Of a stretch of 64,000 nucleotides of DNA, positions 26,772 through 35,110 are shown piece after piece. Positions within the stretch are counted from its first letter, which is position 1. Every line of letters begins with the position of its first letter. The DNA is taken from IMG/VR virus record IMGVR_UViG_3300050343_000261; one strand, written 5' to 3'. The notes beneath the pieces were generated by a model that had not been told where the DNA came from, ran no database searches, and saw nothing but the letters and a program-made list of their open reading frames with translations. The position numbers and the translations under genes are program-made. Source of the stretch: a virus.

Positions 26772-28097
26772 TTATTTAGAACGCTCTGGGAAAAAGTCCT
26801 GCCTTTCTCCTTCGCGATCCAGGTCAGTAGTAATACAGTGTAGTCCACCGTCCCAGAAGTAACGGTGCCTAAAGTTGACCACGTGCCCAGTCACACCATG
26901 CTTCTCAAAGAAATCAAAAACATCTTTATTATAGTTGTTGACGATGACATTCTGCTCATCAACAACAAGCATGTTGACATCAAATACAGTCTCCTCAACG
27001 TAAATGACCCAGTCATTCAACCAAGTGTCTATAAATTCAGTCAAAGAATGATTGTCTTCTTCTCCAGCAACCCACCAGCGTCCATTATTTGGTAATGAAT
27101 TTTTCATGTTGGAGAACTCTTCTACTTGAGACCAACCTTGCCCACCGATATTACAAACATCCCAACCAGGGAAAGTTATATCAGTGTGCTTTGGATCGCC
27201 AATACTAATCAAGCACCCAGGTTTGATTGGTGCCAATGCTCCGTCAGAATGTCCAGGGAAATGTAGTGGATGGATTCTATAATCAGGGAACATCTTCTGC
27301 CATTTCTCAAGAGCATAGTCCTCATTGATATAAGTAAGAATATTATTGATGGCAAAGTAAAGATCCTTTCCACACTTGATTGTCGAAGCACCATTCACAT
27401 ACGAATTATAAACAACCTCTCCTCCCTGTTCTTTGAACCAATTCTCTGCATCTTGAAACTCATTGTATTTTTTATTGACTCGACGTGGATTGCCAATTGT
27501 ATTTGTCGCAGCACTCTCACATAATCTAGTGACATCATCAATGTGCAATACCTGCATCAACCATCCAATAGGAAAGTCTTTTCCATCTGTCAAAAACTTA
27601 TGTGCTTCCTCAACAACCTCTTTAGATGCGGCAGCCTGACCTTTAGAACCACGACCAGGTTTGACAAGATCTAAAAGATACTCACTGAGGACTTGTGCTT
27701 CTGGTTGATTTTTTGCGTACTCAGCATTGTCCCGGATAGCATAGATCATATGTTCGACATTTATATCCTCCAAATAATCATGATTCGGCATGTATAACTT
27801 GTTTCCCAGAACCATAGTATGATCACGAGGGATCATGGCAGAAGGATAGTTAGCTGTGTACCCCCAGTTATGATCCCTCTTCCAGTCGTCAGAAACATTA
27901 GTTCTAATTACATCAACGCCTAACTCAATAAGTTTATTGGACAGTCTTACAAAATCCTCTTCAGTTTCTTGTGCAATCCTTTCCATCCCAGCACGTGCCC
28001 TAGGATCCTTGATGTAACTATAAAATTCAGGAGGGTATGATCTTCCAACCAAACATGTTTTCAGTTTATCCCATGGTTGATTTACTGAAGGTGACAT
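26772..28097 (-). CDS. Amidinotransferase (AGAT/StrB1 family), paralog 1
   Basis: Same motifs: WDKLKTCLVG; IPRDHTMVLGN; PGHSDG; FDVNMLVVDE; DGGLHCIT. Confidence 0.88.
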   Translation of the reverse strand: MSPSVNQPWDKLKTCLVGRSYPPEFYSYIKDPRARAGMERIAQETEEDFVRLSNKLIELGVDVIRTNVSDDWKRDHNWGYTANYPSAMIPRDHTMVLGNKLYMPNHDYLEDINVEHMIYAIRDNAEYAKNQPEAQVLSEYLLDLVKPGRGSKGQAAASKEVVEEAHKFLTDGKDFPIGWLMQVLHIDDVTRLCESAATNTIGNPRRVNKKYNEFQDAENWFKEQGGEVVYNSYVNGASTIKCGKDLYFAINNILTYINEDYALEKWQKMFPDYRIHPLHFPGHSDGALAPIKPGCLISIGDPKHTDITFPGWDVCNIGGQGWSQVEEFSNMKNSLPNNGRWWVAGEEDNHSLTEFIDTWLNDWVIYVEETVFDVNMLVVDEQNVIVNNYNKDVFDFFEKHGVTGHVVNFRHRYFWDGGLHCITTDLDREGERQDFFPERSK

Positions 28098-28115
28098 AGC
28101 ATAAAAATACCTGCT

Positions 28116-28334
28116 CTATTTAGAGAACAGGTAGATGAGACCAGGGATGATGATGAAAAACTGTGGAAGGAAATTCATGACGATTGCACGTTCCTTCCAC
28201 TTGAATCCCACGTATGTCCAACCACTAGCACCTACAAGTTGGAGGATACTATTCCAGGGAGTCCACCCCATCACATGAAAAACCATAGCGATGAGGATGA
28301 TGGTTGCAGAAAACCATTTGATTTGTTGAACCAT
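28116..28334 (-). CDS. Small multi-pass membrane protein
   Basis: IKWFSATIILIA...PWNSILQLVGASGWTYVG..WKERA...NF; three hydrophobic segments. Confidence 0.65.
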   Translation of the reverse strand: MVQQIKWFSATIILIAMVFHVMGWTPWNSILQLVGASGWTYVGFKWKERAIVMNFLPQFFIIIPGLIYLFSK

Positions 28335-29005
28335 CAGTCAATAAAACCATTCTCCTCTAAGTATTGACGTGTGAGTGGAGTAGGTTCATATTCCTTCCAC
28401 ATTTGACCAGCAGCACAGGCATTCAATGCATTCATGGTCATGTGTTCAGTCTTACCTGCCCACATTGCTTCCTTCTCCCATGGAATTGCTCCTGGTTGAA
28501 ATGCATAGGTCCTACGTGCCATCTCTTGCCACATCTCAGGGACAGCATCTTCGGGCAAGATAATAGCAATCAAACTATTATCAATCGTTCCTGCCATACA
28601 ATCTTGTGCTGCATGCCATCCTTCATGTCTCATCACACTCATCAGAATGTGTGGACGACCCATGAATGTTTTGTTTAGATAGAAGTTATTACTTACAGTA
28701 TGATAGACACCACGGTGTCCTACTGGGAAATACTTTTCGTCAGCAAGATATACCTTCACACCAACATGACTTAGTGAAGACATCATGTGGTTGAACTCTG
28801 TTGCCACTGAAGTAAATGCTTCAGGGTTGTCATAATTTGTGGAGACATCCAACAAACTATGCACTTCCTTCACATCATCGGTGCATTCTTGAAGGAGCAT
28901 ACACCCCATAGAATGATTGCTATAGTAGTCATCCTCTTCAATAGGATCTGCCATTGCAGGGAGAGCACCGCCTAACAGGAGCCCTGCCAGAAGAAATTTG
29001 AACAT
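28334..29005 (-). CDS. Conserved cyanophage protein with signal peptide and HExxH motif
   Basis: MGCMLLQEC; MRHEGWHAAQDCMAG; PWEKEA. Confidence 0.7.
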   Translation of the reverse strand: MFKFLLAGLLLGGALPAMADPIEEDDYYSNHSMGCMLLQECTDDVKEVHSLLDVSTNYDNPEAFTSVATEFNHMMSSLSHVGVKVYLADEKYFPVGHRGVYHTVSNNFYLNKTFMGRPHILMSVMRHEGWHAAQDCMAGTIDNSLIAIILPEDAVPEMWQEMARRTYAFQPGAIPWEKEAMWAGKTEHMTMNALNACAAGQMWKEYEPTPLTRQYLEENGFID

Positions 29006-29031
29006 AAAAAAGGGGGGTCGTTAGACCTCCC
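29006..29031 (-). terminator. Rho-independent terminator
   Basis: GGGAGGTC-TAAC-GACCCCCC followed by T6. Confidence 0.75.
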
Positions 29032-29085
29032 TAATATAGCACAGTCATCTAGATTTTGCCAGAGACTATAGCGGCGACGATATAT
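29006..29085 (-). ncRNA. Putative ~80-nt structured sRNA (TATCGTCGCCGC-led, possibly abiF-like)
   Basis: Late promoter CTAAATA at 29095-29089, then a nested two-stem hairpin, then an intrinsic terminator. The family name is from memory and unverified. Confidence 0.5.
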
Positions 29086-29272
29086 TATTATTTAGATAAT
29101 CTTTCTCAGTTTGATAGGGATGTGTATCACCTGTGTATAGTTTGTACCCTTCAATTAGATCAGGTACTAACCATTCATGAACTGGAGCACATGCTTTCCA
29201 ATTGATGGGTTGGATGCAGTTCATGACAGCAACATTCCAAAACGCTACCAAATGTATTACCAATGTAGTCAT
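29066..29272 (-). CDS. Small cyanophage hypothetical protein
   Basis: IHLVAFWNVAVMNCIQPINWKAC..VHEWLVP. Confidence 0.6.
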   Translation of the reverse strand: MTTLVIHLVAFWNVAVMNCIQPINWKACAPVHEWLVPDLIEGYKLYTGDTHPYQTEKDYLNNNISSPL

Positions 29273-29484
29273 TCGTCCTTCTTGTAAAGGTCTTCTAGTT
29301 TTTCTCTAGTTAGATCAACATACATTACTTCTTCTCCTGCTTGTGGTGCTTCAGGATGACGTGGTTTAGGGGGTTTATTCATCTCTATAGAAATAGATTG
29401 AATATTAGTCCACATCATAGCAAAAGCAGTGCCCGAAAGCACTGCAAAGCAGACAAAATAAAGGGCAAGTTCAAAGGTATTCAT
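29269..29484 (-). CDS. DUF2973-like small membrane protein
   Basis: LYFVCFAVLSGTAFAMMW..HPEAP..GEEVMYV. Confidence 0.65.
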   Translation of the reverse strand: MNTFELALYFVCFAVLSGTAFAMMWTNIQSISIEMNKPPKPRHPEAPQAGEEVMYVDLTREKLEDLYKKDE

Positions 29485-29872
29485 GAAGTCTTCGTTTTAT
29501 AAGATGGTCTATTGAGAAGTTACCTGGACCACTGAGGACGATACATGCTGCACCTCCCCAGTAAAGAACTAAAAGTTCTAACAAGTAGATGTTGAATCCA
29601 GATGTAACTAGAGCATGATAAATTGCGAATGATATTGTACCTAAGATTGCTAAGGCACCCAGACGAGTGCCAAGTCCACAGATAACCATCCAACTCCCCA
29701 CAACCTCAGCAAATGCTGCGAAGTATGAGGAGACGATTGGGAATGGAAGATGCAATGGTCGTACAAATGCATCCGCAAAGTTTTCAATGTTCTCTAGTTT
29801 CTCATAACCATGATGGATAAGCATAGTGCCTAACGCTATGCGAAGTAATAAGAATCCTAGAGACTGAATCAC
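29471..29872 (-). CDS. DoxX family membrane protein
   Basis: [19 protein letters not shown]; AEVVG..ICGLGTR; [10 protein letters not shown]. Confidence 0.85.
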   Translation of the reverse strand: MIQSLGFLLLRIALGTMLIHHGYEKLENIENFADAFVRPLHLPFPIVSSYFAAFAEVVGSWMVICGLGTRLGALAILGTISFAIYHALVTSGFNIYLLELLVLYWGGAACIVLSGPGNFSIDHLIKRRLHEYL

Positions 29873-30924
29873 AATGCGTTACCTCTTGGTAGAACTTCTT
29901 CTGGGAATACAAAGTTCTCGTGGGGTTGGTCAACTGGTGCCAACCATGCACGTAGTCCTTCGTTGAGCAAGATATTTTTCGTATAAAAAGTCTCGAACTC
30001 AGGATCCTCAGCGGCACGAATCTCTTGACTTACGAAATCATAAGCACGAAGATTGAGAGCCAGACCAATAATCCCAATGCTAGATGTCCAGAGACCCATG
30101 ACAGGAACAAAAAGCATAAAGAAATGAAGCCAACGCTTGTTACTAAAGGCAACACCGAAAATCTGAGACCAGAAACGGTTTGCCGTAACCATTGAGTAAG
30201 TTTCCTCTTCCTGCGTAGGTTCAAAAGCTTTGAAGGTGTTTGCCTGTTCACCATCTTCAAACAGTGTGTTCTCCACTGTAGCACCATGAATTGCACAGAG
30301 CAAAGCACCGCCAAGGATACCTGCAACACCCATCATGTGGAAGGGGTTTAGCGTCCAGTTGTGAAATCCTTGGAGGAATAAGAGGAATCTAAAAATTGCC
30401 GCAACGCCAAACGACGGTGCGAAGAACCAACTCGATTGACCCAGAGGATAGATAAGGAAGACAGAAACAAAGACAGCAATAGGACCAGAGAAAGCAATTG
30501 CATTGTAAGGACGAATGCCGACGAGACGTGCGATTTCAAATTGTCGGAGCATGAATCCGATGAGTGCGAATGCACCATGCAGGGCAACGAATGCCCAGAG
30601 ACCACCGAGTTGTACCCAGCGGACAAAGTCACCCTGTGCTTCTGGACCCCATAGAAGGAGAAGACTGTGACCCATTGCATCAGCAGGTGTACTGACTGCA
30701 GCGGTAAGAAAATTGCAACCTTCTAGGTAAGACGACGCGATGCCGTGGGTGTACCAGGAGGTAGCGAAGGTGGTGCCAGTTAGCCAACCACCAATTGCCA
30801 TGTAGGCAGTGGGAAGTAGAAGTAGTCCAGACCAGCCGATGAAGACAAACCTGTCCCGTTTCAACCAGTCATCAAGGATGTCAAACCATCCTCGTTGGTT
30901 TTGCTGAAGCGTTGAAGCGACCAT
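29869..30924 (-). CDS. psbD: Photosystem II D2 protein
   Basis: [16 protein letters not shown]...EVLPRGNAL; full length, no intron. Confidence 0.99.
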   Translation of the reverse strand: MVASTLQQNQRGWFDILDDWLKRDRFVFIGWSGLLLLPTAYMAIGGWLTGTTFATSWYTHGIASSYLEGCNFLTAAVSTPADAMGHSLLLLWGPEAQGDFVRWVQLGGLWAFVALHGAFALIGFMLRQFEIARLVGIRPYNAIAFSGPIAVFVSVFLIYPLGQSSWFFAPSFGVAAIFRFLLFLQGFHNWTLNPFHMMGVAGILGGALLCAIHGATVENTLFEDGEQANTFKAFEPTQEEETYSMVTANRFWSQIFGVAFSNKRWLHFFMLFVPVMGLWTSSIGIIGLALNLRAYDFVSQEIRAAEDPEFETFYTKNILLNEGLRAWLAPVDQPHENFVFPEEVLPRGNAL

Positions 30925-30926
30925 TG

Positions 30927-31208
30927 TTATTTACTGTAAGTGTCGTAGTTTAGGAGATCATCTTGTTCTTTTGTTACTTGATCATCAAACTGATCAATAA
31001 CTCGAAGACGTTGCTCTGCAATTACAAGTCTATCCAGACAGAGATTGATTTCGTGGAGAGTATTCATATCAACTGCGTTGGGTGATACAGCAGCAGTATG
31101 AGCAGGAAGACGTTGATCCAAATGCTTTTGAATCGTTGATTTTGCATCTTTGATCTTTTCTCTGCACTGTTCTCGTAAGTGTTGCAGAGTATTGCGACGA
31201 GTATTCAT
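30927..31208 (-). CDS. Hypothetical helical protein between psbA and psbD
   Basis: The ORF fills the psbA-psbD gap; ATG at 31208 (the track starts at TTG 31214). Confidence 0.55.
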   Translation of the reverse strand: MNTRRNTLQHLREQCREKIKDAKSTIQKHLDQRLPAHTAAVSPNAVDMNTLHEINLCLDRLVIAEQRLRVIDQFDDQVTKEQDDLLNYDTYSK

Positions 31209-31212
31209 GTCC

Positions 31213-31238
31213 AAAAAAATAGGGGACCGAAGTCCCCC
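31213..31238 (-). terminator. psbA terminator
   Basis: GGGGAC-TTCG-GTCCCC followed by TATTTTTTT. Confidence 0.85.
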
Positions 31239-31259
31239 GTAGTATAACAGGAAATGTTA

Positions 31260-32339
31260 TCAACCGATAGCAGGTGCGGTGAGTGCAACAGGAGTTGACT
31301 CAGCAGCAGCAAGATCGAGTGGGAAGTTGTGTGCGTTACGCTCATGCATAACTTCCATACCCAAACCTGCACGGTTCAGAACGTCTGCCCAGGTGTTCAA
31401 CACACGACCCTGACCATCAAGGATGGACTGGTTGAAGTTGAAACCGTTGAGGTTGAACGCCATCGTGGACACGCCAAGGGCGGTGAACCAGATGCCAACA
31501 ACAGGCCATGCAGCAAGGAAGAAGTGCAAGGAACGTGAGTTGTTGAATGAAGCGTATTGGAAGATCAAACGACCGAAGTACCCGTGGGCAGCTACGATGT
31601 TGTAGGTCTCTTCTTCTTGACCGAACTTGTAACCATAGTTCTGTGACTCTTGCTCAGTCGTCTCACGAACCAGCGAGGACGTAACAAGCGAACCGTGCAT
31701 AGCACTGAACAGTGAACCACCGAAGACTCCAGCAACACCCAACATGTGGAAGGGGTGCATGAGAATGTTATGTTCGGCTTGGAAAACCAACATGTAGTTG
31801 AAGGTTCCCGAAATGCCCAAAGGCATAGCATCGGAGAACGAACCTTGACCAAATGGGTACACCAGGAATACTGCGGACGCAGCCGCAACAGGAGCAGAGT
31901 ATGCGACACAGATCCAGGGGCGCATGCCCAGACGGTAAGAAAGTTCCCACTCACGTCCCATATAGGCATAGATGCCGATAAGGAAGTGGAAGACTACCAG
32001 TTGGAAGGGACCACCGTTGTATAGCCACTCATCAAGTGAGGCAGCTTCCCAGATGGGGTAGAAGTGAAGACCAATTGCGTTGGAGGATGGGACAACTGCA
32101 CCAGAGATGATGTTGTTTCCATACATGAGTGAACCAGCGACGGGTTCACGGATGCCGTCAATATCGACGGGGGGTGCTGCTACGAAAGCAACGATGAAGC
32201 AGATGGTTGCCGCCAACAGAGTTGGGATCATCAGTACACCAAACCAACCGACATAGAGACGGTTATTGGTGGAAGTAACCCACTCGCAGAACGAATCCCA
32301 CGCGGAGGTTGTTTGTTGTTGTCTTGAAAGAGTAGACAT
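31260..32339 (-). CDS. psbA: Photosystem II D1 protein
   Basis: [13 protein letters not shown]...HNFPLDLA; uninterrupted; Glu at position 130. Confidence 0.99.
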   Translation of the reverse strand: MSTLSRQQQTTSAWDSFCEWVTSTNNRLYVGWFGVLMIPTLLAATICFIVAFVAAPPVDIDGIREPVAGSLMYGNNIISGAVVPSSNAIGLHFYPIWEAASLDEWLYNGGPFQLVVFHFLIGIYAYMGREWELSYRLGMRPWICVAYSAPVAAASAVFLVYPFGQGSFSDAMPLGISGTFNYMLVFQAEHNILMHPFHMLGVAGVFGGSLFSAMHGSLVTSSLVRETTEQESQNYGYKFGQEEETYNIVAAHGYFGRLIFQYASFNNSRSLHFFLAAWPVVGIWFTALGVSTMAFNLNGFNFNQSILDGQGRVLNTWADVLNRAGLGMEVMHERNAHNFPLDLAAAESTPVALTAPAIG

Positions 32340-32344
32340 TGAAA

Positions 32345-32450
32345 AGGGTAAGGATAAGTGCGGGGAACACTAGTATGATATTCCTGCTGCACCCTCAGCA
32401 ACAGGTATTAGAGACGTTTTTATTCTCCCTATAGGTCTCGGTTTGAGGGG
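32345..32450 (-). ncRNA. PhotoRC-II cis-regulatory RNA in the psbA leader
   Basis: AAACCGAGACCTATAGGG..TAAAAACGTCTCT..ACCTGTTGC-TGAGGGT-GCAGCAGG hairpin immediately 5' of psbA. Confidence 0.75.
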
Positions 32451-32477
32451 AGATCATTACGCTTTGTAACGTATTTG

Positions 32478-32511
32478 TATTTAGTATAACATGAATCCCT
32501 AACTTTGTAAA
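32478..32511 (-). promoter_or_regulatory. Overlapping early and late psbA promoters
   Basis: TTTACA-17 nt-TATACT, plus CTAAATA at 32484-32478. Confidence 0.65.
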
Positions 32512-33359
32512 GGCAAAGTTGGAGATATCACATTACGTTCAATGAACTCAGAGTGATCATGTTTTGCGAAAACAAAGGGATGTAATCCCGTGATCTCTCT
32601 TAGTTCAGCAAGGATCTCACGTCGCTTCGTCCATTGGTCAGGTTTCCCTGCCTGTGGATGCCTTTTGCGACGGTATTGTTTTCCTTGCTGTCCAAATAAT
32701 ATACCACAACTACCTGCTCTGTGGAGATACTTCCCTCTTTTGTCTCTCCATAGTTCATGCCACCCATCTTCGATGAAAGTCATCTGCTTATTGGTGAACT
32801 GCTTGGCAGCATCAAACGAAATCTGATCTCGGTTGGGTCCAATCTGTGCATACTTCCACCACAGATCACCAAACTCTTCATAGTTTTCTAGACGACGCCA
32901 GATAGATCCCAGCACAGGACTGCTGTACTTCTTGAAGTCATAGTTCATCCACTTCAGGACTCGGGTGATCTCTAGTTGCTGCTCCTTTGTATTCATGGAG
33001 GACATAAACCCCTCCAAGATCTCATCGTAGTATGAGTAACGATTCACATGACGGATGACTGTGAAAGAACTCTCCTCAAAGTATCTCTTACAATTTTCTA
33101 CGTATTCTTTAGTCATGATGTAGCAACCATCAATCCACACAACCTCCTCACCCTCATCAAATACTTTATGAGGATTGATCTTGACGTAGGAAGAACGGAT
33201 ACGAGGACAGGAATGATCACATGGAATCTCTCGGAACTCCCATGGACCTTTCCTTTCAACAGTATCATCAGCGAACATCACATACTTGACATCCGGATCG
33301 TAGTAATTTTCATCCGGTATCTCATCGTATCCATTAGTGATACAAGAGTAGATAATCAT
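32499..33359 (-). CDS. DUF616 (TOD1/MUCI70-like) glycosyltransferase-like protein
   Basis: IYSCITNGYD; VKINPH; WIDG; RH..R..Y.E; NRDQISF. Confidence 0.75.
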   Translation of the reverse strand: MIIYSCITNGYDEIPDENYYDPDVKYVMFADDTVERKGPWEFREIPCDHSCPRIRSSYVKINPHKVFDEGEEVVWIDGCYIMTKEYVENCKRYFEESSFTVIRHVNRYSYYDEILEGFMSSMNTKEQQLEITRVLKWMNYDFKKYSSPVLGSIWRRLENYEEFGDLWWKYAQIGPNRDQISFDAAKQFTNKQMTFIEDGWHELWRDKRGKYLHRAGSCGILFGQQGKQYRRKRHPQAGKPDQWTKRREILAELREITGLHPFVFAKHDHSEFIERNVISPTLPLQS

Positions 33360-34172
33360 CGGTTCAATACGTTTGCATCAATCATTGATTGGAAGTTGTG
33401 CTTGTAGTACAACCTTGGAATCATACGAGTGCACCGACGTATCTCCTTGAGCATTTCATCTTCACGCTTATACTGCTCCAGATCTCCTGCTTGGGGATGC
33501 TTTCCTAAGCGATTCAACTTACCTGTTCGGTGGTCAAAATCAATACCAACCTCAGGCCAGTTGTCTTTTAGTGTATTTTTTATTGTCTGCCAGGGTAATG
33601 CAGTCAGTTGACGTGCAGTATCAAAAGAAATCTGGTCACGGTTAGGACCAATCAAAGAATACTTCCACCACAAGTCACCAAACTTACTGATCTCAGGAGT
33701 AATACGTCTCCAAATTGATGCCAGTACAGGACTGCAATAGTCTTTGAAGTTATAGTTCAGTTCCACCAATGCTTCCATGATCTCCACCATCTGTGCCTTG
33801 GTATTGAATGAAGACACGTAACCTTCCATCACTTCCTCAACAAAATTGAAGCGACAAGGATGAATCATATGAGTCTGATTGTTACGACTCAGGATATGTT
33901 TAGAAGTTTCTACAAACTGTTTGGTGATTACATAACACCCATCAATCCAAACCACGGACTCACCCGCATCAAAATAAAGATGAGGACAGATCTTGGGGTG
34001 AGCAGATCTCCTACGTGGACACTCCTCTTCTACTTTGATTGGATACTCTTCCCATTTTTCTGGCACATCAACAGTGCCATCTGTGAAAGGCAACATACCT
34101 GACACTGGGATCATAGTAATGATCATCAGAGAATTTGTCGTATCCGTTAGTGACGCAGGTGTAAATAATCAT
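33356..34172 (-). pseudogene. DUF616-like protein with one +1 frameshift near 34085
   Basis: ATG at 34172 overlaps the upstream TGA and gives MIIYTCVTNGYD...RYVAFH, which stops at 34 aa. Removing one base gives F(H/T)DGTVDV..., in frame with the track ORF. Confidence 0.7.
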
Positions 34173-35110
34173 ATGGGGTGTGGGAAAAAGAATGGATCAT
34201 CAAAGTGGGATCTAATAGTTCGACTCGGTCTTCGTATGACACCAGTCTTTCTATTGGTATACCACAGAAGACTGTGATATGGATTCAAAACGTTCAATTT
34301 TCTGTACTTATAATCGAAATCATCTGACATATCACCGAACAACCAGACAGGTTTATCATTTTTAGTAAGAAGAGCACAGCGATAGTTCCTTGAGTTCTTT
34401 TCCAGACCTGTCACCCCACATAGAATGTCTACTGCCCACTCAGGATTGACATGATACTCAGCACCATACCTACCACCCTTGTTCGCCCACCACTCACCAC
34501 CATCACTGGCGTCTGACCATACATCAATCAATTCTCTAGCAGGAATAGTTTCATACTTCATACCACTCATCTGCAATGCCACTGCAAAGGACAGTTGATC
34601 CCTCCTACCACCCTTCAAGTACCAATCCCACCATAGTTGGTCGAAGTCAGTCTTACCACGCCTCCAGAGGATCGTACACAGGGGTGACAGATAGTCCTTG
34701 AAGTTATACCCTGCCTCCACAGCAGCAACCGTGAACTTATACACATCAGCGAAAGGAACAAGTCCTCTACAAATATATTCAGCACACTCTTCAAGATACC
34801 TATGACAATGTGGATGCTCTATTACAGTAAAACTATCCTGAGAAAGAATGTAATTACTTACTTCACAAAATTTATTGTTTAGTGTATGAAGTTTAGATGC
34901 ATCGATATACACATTTGGTTCATCAAATGGGCACAACATCTTTACCAGACGTGACATACGCACAGGATCAGATGAGAACCCAGGTATGTACTCTAGTTCC
35001 CAACCTTCCTGCTCCTTCACACTTCCATCATGGAAACAAACACACCTACAATCAATATCTAATTGTGGTAACTGAAAGTATCCGTTAGTAATGGATGTAT
35101 AGAGGATCAT
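34169..35110 (-). CDS. DUF616-like glycosyltransferase-like protein
   Basis: LYTSITNGY; YIDAS; HPHCHRYLEE; RRDQLSF. Confidence 0.75.
   Translation of the reverse strand: MILYTSITNGYFQLPQLDIDCRCVCFHDGSVKEQEGWELEYIPGFSSDPVRMSRLVKMLCPFDEPNVYIDASKLHTLNNKFCEVSNYILSQDSFTVIEHPHCHRYLEECAEYICRGLVPFADVYKFTVAAVEAGYNFKDYLSPLCTILWRRGKTDFDQLWWDWYLKGGRRDQLSFAVALQMSGMKYETIPARELIDVWSDASDGGEWWANKGGRYGAEYHVNPEWAVDILCGVTGLEKNSRNYRCALLTKNDKPVWLFGDMSDDFDYKYRKLNVLNPYHSLLWYTNRKTGVIRRPSRTIRSHFDDPFFFPHPI

Noticed and set aside
25308-28097. Claim that the phage makes saxitoxin, cylindrospermopsin or streptomycin
   Set aside because: No PKS/NRPS, SxtA or inositol-pathway genes are present; only the enzyme families are shared.
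29802-32024. Many alternate-frame ORFs over psbA and psbD
   Set aside because: Expected from the high-GC, biased codon use of these genes; no independent start signals or motifs.
29869-32339. Group I intron or homing endonuclease in or near psbA/psbD
   Set aside because: Both genes are continuous and full length, and the spacer ORF has no nuclease motif.
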